Assembly: GCA_963840035.1 (NCBI GenBank)
Contig: CAWIXE010000003.1
Location: 64,001-128,000 of the forward strand
Origin: a candidate division FCPU426 bacterium
Lineage (GTDB): Bacteria > Oederibacteriota > PGYV01 > Palsa-1178
Reading direction: 5' to 3'
Length of the DNA: 64,000 nt
How positions within the stretch are numbered: position 1 is the first letter of the stretch; each line of letters begins with the position of its first letter. Shown here in pieces: positions 30,201 to 37,459 of this stretch. The position numbers were made by a program, and so were the translations under genes. Under the pieces are notes generated by a model, which saw only the letters and a list, made by a program, of their open reading frames with translations, was not told where the DNA came from and did no database searches.

Positions 30201-30332
30201 ACCGGCAGATACGAACCGCTCTTTGATGACTTCAAGAAATTCAGCTGCGGAGTGTACCATGTGTTAATCGAGTGCGTGGGCGTAAAAGGGGATAAAGTGC
30301 GAAGGACGGCGGAGATGGTTATAATACGTTAA
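27222..30332 (+). CDS. Exported NHL-repeat protein with Thr-rich stalk and YPNP-type C-terminal domain
   Basis: About 12 NHL blades (YVADT.N..IR), (T-x)n stalk, IYPNPSFG. Confidence 0.88.
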   Translation: MTRKKLVLALFCLSFCLSFSALFGERGQTSLVAGFSRYDGDGNSLPSATFNQPKDIAVSGGFMYIADTSNNAIRKVNMSNGVVTTLAGNKSGGDAAGYGTAARFSAPTALCADPTGNTLYVADTGNSRIKGINAATGLVYNISGIGYAGYLDGSAALSRFSYPMGIAADPTGRYVYVSDTSNYRIRRIDMSLNTVDTVAGAVLNGYQDGSGTSAKFNFPQGIDINDSGTIIYVADTWNQCVRKVDLANNTACSLVAGNTLSSYYVEGTGNAAGFFRPADVSLDNNANVLYVADTLHNMIRKIDLSTGATSPVAGTLTAGSINGIGTAALFSQPNGVFFSQDDGKVYVADTVNSFIRDIYPANSNSVTRFCGMSQYDGDGNTLPSATFNAPSDVAVNTLTSRVYIADSSNHVIRMIDENGVISTIAGDGKQGYNLGIGAVAEFSNPKSIALDPLDNRLYVSDTNNNRIMAIDLADPNYTVSLIAGSGAAAFNDATGSLAAFKNPAEIDVDYIGKRVFVADAGNNRIRMITLSTGAVTTVAGKDTTGYSTGQTIGTATFMNPEGIVYHAGSPGQFSDGLFIADTGHNMIRRLPIGSSVTVTVADITGLNSSPSYVDGVLTSARFYNPSRVTLDFVNWMLYVSDSNNHAVRSVELWVGGQVTTIGGNGTAGYSEGVSKTALFNAPLGMFFMPDTQMIYIADELNNNIRLIDAYYPTCTPTLTNTPTPTWTLGYTLTITPTYTETQTFTPVYSPTATQTATQTSTVSDTATVTPTMTATLTATVSSTASDTSTNTHTRTATPTPTISATGTISATATFTPSQSATMTVSPTESVTETAAATGTSTATATESPVYSPTYTPSYSPTYTITVTATAQTFTATATNTATATVTATATLTNTPTLTDTLTITDTATMTRTPGGTQSYTPTMTHTAQATATETPVDFFEKSVFINDFLIYPNPSFGRLKVVYDIIGQAREVNLSVYTPSFRLVWRKSYSNVTTGRYEPLFDDFKKFSCGVYHVLIECVGVKGDKVRRTAEMVIIR

Positions 30333-30440
30333 TTGACGATTGACTATTGACTATTGCCAACTGACAATTAAAGAATATGCGTTTGTTTTGTGAAAGTTTT
30401 TGTGTGTTAATCTACAATAGACAATTGTCAGTCATCAATT
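30331..30440. repeat. Inverted heptamer arrays (ATTGACT type) between convergent stop codons
   Basis: attgacg attgact attgact attgcca actgaca ... aatctac aatagac aattgtc agtcatc aatt. Confidence 0.8.
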
Positions 30441-31371
30441 AAAGAAGTTTTGATCCGATAATATCCTTGTGCCCTAATGAAAAATCCCAGCCATTCATTT
30501 TCTTCCCCGACTCGGGCTGGACAACTTTCAGCAGAACACACCTGTCAGCGGCCTTGACCGCGATTCCCTGATTCTTTACGGCTTCAATAATGGTTCCCGG
30601 GGCCACATCAGATATGATGTCAATAGTTTCGGCCGAATGTATTTTCAGCGTCTTTCCCTTGAACGCGCAATATGCGCACGGCCACGGCACCAGGCCGCGG
30701 ACCTTGTTTACTATGGAAACCGCCGGAGTATTGAAATCCAGTTTTCCTGTCTCTTTTTTCAGGGTCTTTACCACGCTCGCCATGGCGTTGTCCTGCTTTG
30801 CGCGCTGCGCTTTTCCTTCTTCAATAAGGTTGATAACTTTTAAAACCGTATCCGCCGAAAGCCTGGAGAGTTTCTCAAAGAGCGCGGGCGCGTCGTCTTG
30901 TTTTTCTATTTTAATCTTTTCCTGATAGATTATATCCCCCGTGTCCAGGCCTTTGTCTATGAACTGGTATGTCACGCCGGTTTCTTCGTCGCCGTTTATT
31001 ATCGCCCAGTTAATTGGCGAAGCGCCCCTGTATTTAGGTAGCAGGGAGGCATGTATGTTTACGCTGTCATATTTGGGGTGGTAGATGAGTTCTTCCGGAA
31101 GTATCTGGCCGAAGGCAACTATTATGTTTAAGTCCGGGGAATATGTCTTATACTCGTCAAGGAATGAGGCGTTGGAGCATTTTTCCGGCTGGAGGATGTT
31201 TAAACCCGCTTCAAGGGCCGCCTGTTTTACCGGGGTGGGTTCTGTTTCCATGGACCTGCCCTTTGGCCTGTCAGGCTGTGAAACAACAAGGATAATCTCG
31301 TGTCCGGAGGATATGAGGGTTTTTAAGACAGGCACCGCGAAAAGCGGCGTGCCGAAAAAGGCGATTTTCAT
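30439..31371 (-). CDS. fmt: Methionyl-tRNA formyltransferase
   Basis: FFGTP, SQPDRPKGR and NIHASLLPKYRGASPI. Confidence 0.97.
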   Translation of the reverse strand: MKIAFFGTPLFAVPVLKTLISSGHEIILVVSQPDRPKGRSMETEPTPVKQAALEAGLNILQPEKCSNASFLDEYKTYSPDLNIIVAFGQILPEELIYHPKYDSVNIHASLLPKYRGASPINWAIINGDEETGVTYQFIDKGLDTGDIIYQEKIKIEKQDDAPALFEKLSRLSADTVLKVINLIEEGKAQRAKQDNAMASVVKTLKKETGKLDFNTPAVSIVNKVRGLVPWPCAYCAFKGKTLKIHSAETIDIISDVAPGTIIEAVKNQGIAVKAADRCVLLKVVQPESGKKMNGWDFSLGHKDIIGSKLL

Positions 31372-31889
31372 TATTTTTTCTTCCCGTGGTATTTTTGTTT
31401 GATTTCTTTGAGTTCCTTATTGTGAAGCAGTTTTTTTACCGCGGACATCCTGTCTATGAAGGTGGTGCCGTTTAAGTGGTCTATCTCGTGCTGAAGCACG
31501 ACAGCCAGGAAACCGTCCGCTTCAATCTTTACGGGTTTGCCCTGCGGGTCCTGCGCCTCAACAGTCACTTTTTTTGGGCGGTATATTTTTTCGGTGATTC
31601 CGGGAAAACTCAGGCAGCCTTCCTCAAATTCGGATTTATCCTTCGAGTGGGCGGTTATTTTCGGGTTGGCCAGCATGTATATGATGGTCTGCTCTTCGGT
31701 GCTGGCGTCTAAAACAAGCGCCTGCTTCATAACGCCAACCTGTGTGGCGGCAAGCCCCACACCGCGGTTTGCGTACATGGTCTCAAGCAGGTCCTCAAAG
31801 AACTGGAATAATTCCGGGTCAAACTCTGTCACCGGCGCCGCCTTTTTTTTCAGGACCGGGTCTCCGTATTTGCGTATCTCTAATAGCAT
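31371..31889 (-). CDS. def: Peptide deformylase
   Basis: GVGLAATQVG, EGCLS and QHEIDHL; ATG 31889 follows GAGAGG. Confidence 0.97.
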   Translation of the reverse strand: MLLEIRKYGDPVLKKKAAPVTEFDPELFQFFEDLLETMYANRGVGLAATQVGVMKQALVLDASTEEQTIIYMLANPKITAHSKDKSEFEEGCLSFPGITEKIYRPKKVTVEAQDPQGKPVKIEADGFLAVVLQHEIDHLNGTTFIDRMSAVKKLLHNKELKEIKQKYHGKKK

Positions 31890-31990
31890 GTGAAACCTCT
31901 CGTGAATTAGTGTATATGAATTATACATTCACCGTTATTTTTTATCAACTGAAAAGACCTTGTGGCGGGCAGTATGGGAGGAAATTAAAC

Positions 31991-32026
31991 TTGACTTTAA
32001 TGCAAATATGCGTATAATTGCATTAA
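31991..32026 (+). promoter_or_regulatory. Promoter with overlapping inverted-repeat operator (likely ArsR site)
   Basis: TTGACT-N16-TATAAT; TTAATGCAA-N12-TTGCATTAA at 31997-32026. Confidence 0.75.
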
Positions 32027-32030
32027 TGGG

Positions 32031-32330
32031 CTCTTACTTAACCCTTATACTTAATTCTTATCCTTAGCTCTTAGACTTAGTTTTTAAAAGCAAGGGCTAC
32101 AGGCTGAGGATAAGGGTTAAGGGTAAGGGTTAAGGCACGGACAAGGGCTACAGGCTGAGGGTAAGGGTTAAGGATAAGGGTTAAGGCACGGACAAGGGCT
32201 ACAGGCTGAGGATAAGGGTTAAGGATAAGGGTTAAGGCACGGACAAGGGCTACAGGCTGAGGATAAGGGTTAAGGCACGGACAAGGGCTACAGGCTGAGG
32301 ATAAGTGATAAGGATAAGGGTTAAGGTGGG
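32031..32330. repeat. Tandem 51-bp repeat (3 full copies, one 38-bp copy, one degenerate) with an inverted arm upstream
   Basis: Units start at 32091, 32142, 32193, 32244 and 32282; the arm at 32031-32080 is complementary to the (ATAAGG GTTAAGG) subunits. Confidence 0.93.
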
Positions 32331-32346
32331 ATAAAACGGAGGCATT

Positions 32347-32661
32347 ATGGACTTAAACGAACTGCAGGCTAACTTTTTTAAGGCGCTTTCAAATCCTGTC
32401 AGGCTGAAGATACTGAACGCCATAAAGGACCAGAACAGCTGCGTGTGCGACCTTGTCAAGGTTGTGGGCGAGACTCAGCCCCAGGTTTCGCGCCACTTAT
32501 CAGCGCTTAAAAACGCCGGCATACTGACGGCGGAAAAGACAGGCACCAGGATATGCCACAGGATAAAAAGCAAAGAAGTCTACAGGCTGCTTGAACTCTC
32601 AAAGGGCATTATAAGGGAAAAGAACGAAAAAATCATGTCAACGCTTGATAAAGGAGAATAA
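32347..32661 (+). CDS. ArsR/SmtB-family transcriptional regulator
   Basis: FKALSNPVRLKIL, CVCDL and VSRHL. Confidence 0.93.
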   Translation: MDLNELQANFFKALSNPVRLKILNAIKDQNSCVCDLVKVVGETQPQVSRHLSALKNAGILTAEKTGTRICHRIKSKEVYRLLELSKGIIREKNEKIMSTLDKGE

Positions 32662-32662
32662 C

Positions 32663-33718
32663 ATGGAAAAATTAATTGACCAAAAGACAGCGGAAGGCTT
32701 AAAGGCTAAGTTCAGCCTCGAGATGAAAAACCCGGTTGACGTTAAGATTTTCATCAACGAAATAATTGACCCGGCATTCCCCCAGCAGGCGGAGATAAAC
32801 CAGTTTGCAAAATCAATTGTTAAGGAAATGCACGACATAGACCCGAGGATTCTGCCGCAGGAATTCAATTTCAACAGCCCCGTGGCAAAGGAACTGAACC
32901 TGACGGTAAGCCCTTCAATAGTCATAGGCTATGACGAAGGATACAGGATAATTTACAGCGGCGCTCCTGTGGGCCATGAAGCTTCATCATTCATTGAAAC
33001 TATAGTATTTGTTTCACGGGGCGAATCCGGTCTATCTCCGGAAGCCGCGGCTAAAATAGCAAAAATAAAGAAACCCGTTGAAGTGCTCGTGTTCGTTACG
33101 CCTGACTGTCCGTACTGCCCGGGGTCGGTTATTGCGGCCAACCGGGCGGCAATAGAATCAAAAGGTCTTGTCACGGCAATCTGCGTGGAATCCATGGAAA
33201 ACCAAAAACTTGCCGGCGAGTTTGGCGTTTCAGCGGTCCCGCAGCAGGTCATAAACAGGGACAAAGCGTCCATTACCACTGGCACTCTAAAGGAAAAACC
33301 GTTCATACTTCAGCTTCTGCAATATGGGGCGCCTGACGCATACGCTGAGGAAGCGGCAAAAGCAAAAGAAGAGGCTAAGCTTCCGGACAAGCCGGCGGGC
33401 GTGGTGCACTTAACTGATGAGAACTTTAAGGAAGCCGCGGCAAAATATGAGAATCTCGTGATAGATTTCTGGGCGGAGTGGTGCGGGCCGTGCAAGATAC
33501 TCGGGCCCATAATTGAGCAGCTTGCGGCTGAAAACGCGGGCAAAGTCGTCTACGGAAAGCTTAATGTCGATGAGAACCAGGCCATAGCCGCGGAATTCGG
33601 CATTATGTCCATACCCACAATCCACTATTACAAAAATGGTGTAAAAGCAGGGGAAACAGTGGGGGCGCTGCCAAAGGCCCAGCTGGAAGAAGCCGCAAAA
33701 AAATATTTTAACATATAA
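32663..33718 (+). CDS. Protein-disulfide oxidoreductase (AhpF-N/PDO-like) fused to thioredoxin
   Basis: GAPVGHE and CPYC, then WCGPC; ATG 32663 follows AAGGAG. Confidence 0.88.
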   Translation: MEKLIDQKTAEGLKAKFSLEMKNPVDVKIFINEIIDPAFPQQAEINQFAKSIVKEMHDIDPRILPQEFNFNSPVAKELNLTVSPSIVIGYDEGYRIIYSGAPVGHEASSFIETIVFVSRGESGLSPEAAAKIAKIKKPVEVLVFVTPDCPYCPGSVIAANRAAIESKGLVTAICVESMENQKLAGEFGVSAVPQQVINRDKASITTGTLKEKPFILQLLQYGAPDAYAEEAAKAKEEAKLPDKPAGVVHLTDENFKEAAAKYENLVIDFWAEWCGPCKILGPIIEQLAAENAGKVVYGKLNVDENQAIAAEFGIMSIPTIHYYKNGVKAGETVGALPKAQLEEAAKKYFNI

Positions 33719-33765
33719 TTTTCTGACAGAACTTGTTTGCTGACAGGGATGTCTTCTAAAGGTAT

Positions 33766-33844
33766 TGGTAGCCGCAGCCTTCAGGCTGCGCAAGGCGGGA
33801 CCTGGATAGGCCGACGTTACGCAACCTAAAGGTTGCGGCTGCCA
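33766..33844. repeat. GTAG-type REP doublet
   Basis: GGTAGCCGCAGCCTTCAGGCTGCG...CGCAACCTAAAGGTTGCGGCTGCC. Confidence 0.85.
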
Positions 33845-33887
33845 GCGGTAAAAAATCAACACAGGAAAACAACATTCAGGAGGATAC

Positions 33888-34883
33888 ATGGACATACCTT
33901 TAAAAATGGAATTTAACTCAGCATCCCATAACAGCGGCGAGGCCGGCACGGACCATGATGTCATAATTATCGGAGGAGGCCCCGCGGGGTTGACCGCGGC
34001 GCTGTATAACGCCAGGTCAGGATTAAAAGTGCTTTTACTCGAAAGGCTCGCCACCGGAGGTCAGATCTTTATTACAGCCGAGGTTGAGAACTATCCCGGC
34101 GTTGACTCCATTTCCGGGCCGGAACTCTCCAGGATAATGGAAAGCCAGGCCCTGAAGTTCGGCACAAAACTTGAATTTGACGAAGTGGAAAGCATTGTGG
34201 ATTCAGGCGCAATAAAAGCAGTGCATACTGCCGGCGGAAAAGTGTATAAAGCCCCGGCCGTCATAATATCAACAGGCGCAAGGTATAAAGATTTAGGGAT
34301 TCCGGGCGAGGATTTTTACAGGGGAAAAGGCGTGTCAAACTGCGCCACGTGTGACGGCGCTTTTTATAAGGGCCTTGAAGTCGCTGTAGTGGGCGGCGGG
34401 GAAACAGCCGTGGAAGAGGGCGTATACCTCACGAAATTTGCCTCAAAGGTGCACTTAATACACAGAAGGGACAGGCTTCGCGCGTGCAAACACGCGCAGG
34501 AATCGGCGCGCAATAACCCGAAGATAAACTTTATCATGGACACGGTAGTGGATGAGATAAAAGGCGGCCCCAGGGGAGTGGAAAAGCTCCTGCTTTCAAA
34601 TGTAAAGACCGGTATAAAAAGCGAGCTTAATGCATCCGGAATATTTGTATTTATCGGGTTTAATCCGAATACCGCATTCCTCAAAGGTTTCATAGATATG
34701 GACGAGCAGGGGTATGTTAAGGTAAACCCTGATATGTCGACGTCCAGAGAAGGGGTATTTGCCTGCGGCGACTGCGTGCAGAAATCATTAAGGCAGGTGG
34801 TAACTGCGGCGGGAGACGGCGCTACGGCCGCGTATACGGCAGAACATTATTTGGACAGGTTAAAAGGTACGGAATATAAATAA
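33888..34883 (+). CDS. trxB: Thioredoxin reductase
   Basis: GGGPAGLTAA, CATC and VFACGD. Confidence 0.95.
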   Translation: MDIPLKMEFNSASHNSGEAGTDHDVIIIGGGPAGLTAALYNARSGLKVLLLERLATGGQIFITAEVENYPGVDSISGPELSRIMESQALKFGTKLEFDEVESIVDSGAIKAVHTAGGKVYKAPAVIISTGARYKDLGIPGEDFYRGKGVSNCATCDGAFYKGLEVAVVGGGETAVEEGVYLTKFASKVHLIHRRDRLRACKHAQESARNNPKINFIMDTVVDEIKGGPRGVEKLLLSNVKTGIKSELNASGIFVFIGFNPNTAFLKGFIDMDEQGYVKVNPDMSTSREGVFACGDCVQKSLRQVVTAAGDGATAAYTAEHYLDRLKGTEYK

Positions 34884-34959
34884 GGCGGAAGTAGTGTTTT
34901 AAACGGCTTGTTTGAGTTTTACTGCGGTGGTTAATAGTTGTTTTAAAAAGATTTCAAGA

Positions 34960-35149
34960 TGTCATTGCGAGGAGGCGTTCTTGTACTTTGCCGACGAAGT
35001 CCTTCGGCAAGCTCAGGACCATGAGCACCGTCGAATGGCAATCCCTGTACTTAGCGGTAAAAACAGGGATTGTGGTTCGATGAACTCACCATCGTGAGCT
35101 TGTCGAACGACTTCGTCGCCATAAGGCAAAGCGGCTCCTCTCAATGACA
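34960..35149. repeat. TGTCATTGCGAG family REP, copy 4, with two inserts (35000-35038 and 35073-35110)
   Basis: Alignment to copies 1 and 2. Confidence 0.9.
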
Positions 35150-35170
35150 AACTGGAAACATAAACAATGA

Positions 35171-37459
35171 CTACTGCAGTTTTACTTCCGGTTTTAAGCT
35201 TAATATCACTACCCCAACCCCCAAAAACAACAACGCGAAAGCCATCACCCCATATAGCATGATGTAATCGCGCAGATGCGTGGGCGAGTACTTGAAGGTG
35301 ACTTCGTGCTGGCCTTTTGTGACCTTAACCCCCATAAAAATATCAAAGCATTTTTCTATTACCGCGGTCCTGTTGTCCACATAAACGGTCCAGCCGGGGT
35401 AATAGTTGTTTGAAAAAATAAAATAGCCGTCCTTTTCAATGTTTGCCGATATTTTAAAGAAAGTATAATCGAGTTCCTTCCGCCTTGACCACGAATACTG
35501 GCCAATTATGAGGTCCAGTTTGTCTTTGCCGCCCGAAGTAAAGAACATTGGCAGCGCCTTGGGATTTTTGAATATCATAATGCCGTTATCATATATTTTT
35601 TCAAAATCAGCGATGCCGGGGTCGGAAAGGGATACAAGGTATTTTACATTAAGAAGGTTTAGCTTTTCGCGGTCCAGCACTGAATCACCCTGTATGACGC
35701 TGTCTAAAAATTCCGTATATGCTTTGGGTTGGACCGGGTTATAACCGCCGGCGTCATTTAAACCGTATACTATGCCGGTATTGGACGGGATCTTATTTAA
35801 GAAGGCGTATTCAGCCTCAAGCGGCGTTTTGCCGCCTGTCATGTTCGCGGAGTTGGCCGCTTCGGTATGTATGAACTTATAATTTGAGGTGCGCAGCAGG
35901 GAGACTGTTGCCGGCTTATAATCAGGGCTGTAAATCTTTTCCGGGAGCACCGGGTTTACGCCGAAAGTAAAATAGATGAGTTCAAAGAATATGGAAAATA
36001 TGAGGGTGCATGAGTAAAAGGCCGGGGAAATCTTACCCTTGTCCTTGAAATAAAACAGGGCAAAATTAAAGCCGAAAATTGCCAGGAAAGAAAAGAGCCC
36101 GAAAATGAAATTGGAAAATGTCTTTGGCCCCAGCCCGTATGTTTTCATTACGACTTCCCTGTTTATGACCACCAGCAGCGTTAACGCGCATATCGCGCAG
36201 AGGGTGTAAAAAATAAGTCTGAAGACCCTCCTTGAGATGCCGTGCATGTAACGGAACCTGTCAATGAAGGGCGCCCTGGCAGGGGTAAACGAATTTATGT
36301 GCTGTACAGTGAAAGCGGCCATTATTGAGGCGGGTATTATAAACAGCGTCATGGCAAATCCCGGGTGGCGCAGCATGGAAAAATAGGGCAGAAAAGTGAA
36401 AAACCAGGCGTGCACAGGCGTGTTCTTGCCCAGGGCCAGCAGTAGTGAAACGCCGGCAAGCGTTAAGCTGAAAGTGTAAAGCCTGCTTTTTGGGTAGAAA
36501 AATGACAGCACGAGCAGGAATACCGCGGAGACCGAAAAAAAGTTCATGATTCCCATGGAATAAAGTATCCAGTCCCTTAAAAAATTTGTCTTAAAGCCGT
36601 TTAAACCGGCGGGCATGAGCATTGACCACATGTTCGTAAAAGCCATGGAAGTCTCCGCCGCTATGTTATATTCAAATGACTGGCCGCGCGAGGAAAGTTT
36701 TAGAAGTTCCATGAACATGCCGGCTTGCGGCATGGAAAGCATGAAGATGGCCGCGAGGGAAATGAAGAGGAAAAACATGGCGTTTATAATCCTGGAAACG
36801 GTAAATGAGGAACGGTCAGAGAGGTTAATATAAAGCCAGTATGCAAAAACCAGCAGGGCGGTGTACACGACTGTCGGCGGATGGCCGGCTAAAACGCACA
36901 GAGCGCAGAAAAGGACAAAAAGCGGCCAATAAACGGTTTTTTTAGTCTTTAGAAACATTGAGAACGAAAGCAGTATTAGAGGCATCCACGCGAAAGCTCC
37001 CAGGGCGCTTAAGAAATTTATCCTTGTGACGGTAAAGGTGTTAAAAAGGAATATCAGAGTACCGACTATCGACGGCACGCGCGAAAATTCAAGGTGTTTG
37101 AGGAGAAAATACATTGATACGCCCATGATGATGAAGTGAAGCGCAATGTAGATCTTAAAGGCAGGCGCGAAATTCAGAAGGAGGAATACCAGTCCGAGCG
37201 GGTAAAAGCCGCCTTTTTGGATGTCGGCTAAGAACGGGACGCCCGAAAAAACAGAGGGGTTCCAGTAAGGCGTGACGCCTGTCTCCACGCACCTTCTTAA
37301 AAAATCCTTCCACGGGTAAAACTGGGTAAAGATATCGCCGATGAAAAAACTCTCAGGAAGGAAAAACACGGGCGAAAAATATATGATGACGCACAGCGTT
37401 ATAAAGGCGGCCGCGCCAAGGTCGCGGGCCGTATTGTCCTGTCCCGGTGTAAATTTCAT
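35171..37459 (-). CDS. YfhO-family GT-C membrane protein
   Basis: D..QFYPW, WNP..FSG.P, GYNP, LNVKY and YYPGW. Confidence 0.88.
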   Translation of the reverse strand: MKFTPGQDNTARDLGAAAFITLCVIIYFSPVFFLPESFFIGDIFTQFYPWKDFLRRCVETGVTPYWNPSVFSGVPFLADIQKGGFYPLGLVFLLLNFAPAFKIYIALHFIIMGVSMYFLLKHLEFSRVPSIVGTLIFLFNTFTVTRINFLSALGAFAWMPLILLSFSMFLKTKKTVYWPLFVLFCALCVLAGHPPTVVYTALLVFAYWLYINLSDRSSFTVSRIINAMFFLFISLAAIFMLSMPQAGMFMELLKLSSRGQSFEYNIAAETSMAFTNMWSMLMPAGLNGFKTNFLRDWILYSMGIMNFFSVSAVFLLVLSFFYPKSRLYTFSLTLAGVSLLLALGKNTPVHAWFFTFLPYFSMLRHPGFAMTLFIIPASIMAAFTVQHINSFTPARAPFIDRFRYMHGISRRVFRLIFYTLCAICALTLLVVINREVVMKTYGLGPKTFSNFIFGLFSFLAIFGFNFALFYFKDKGKISPAFYSCTLIFSIFFELIYFTFGVNPVLPEKIYSPDYKPATVSLLRTSNYKFIHTEAANSANMTGGKTPLEAEYAFLNKIPSNTGIVYGLNDAGGYNPVQPKAYTEFLDSVIQGDSVLDREKLNLLNVKYLVSLSDPGIADFEKIYDNGIMIFKNPKALPMFFTSGGKDKLDLIIGQYSWSRRKELDYTFFKISANIEKDGYFIFSNNYYPGWTVYVDNRTAVIEKCFDIFMGVKVTKGQHEVTFKYSPTHLRDYIMLYGVMAFALLFLGVGVVILSLKPEVKLQ

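Noticed and set aside
32091..32330. Possible CRISPR array
   Set aside because: The sequence between repeats is itself repeated, so there are no unique spacers, and no cas genes are present.
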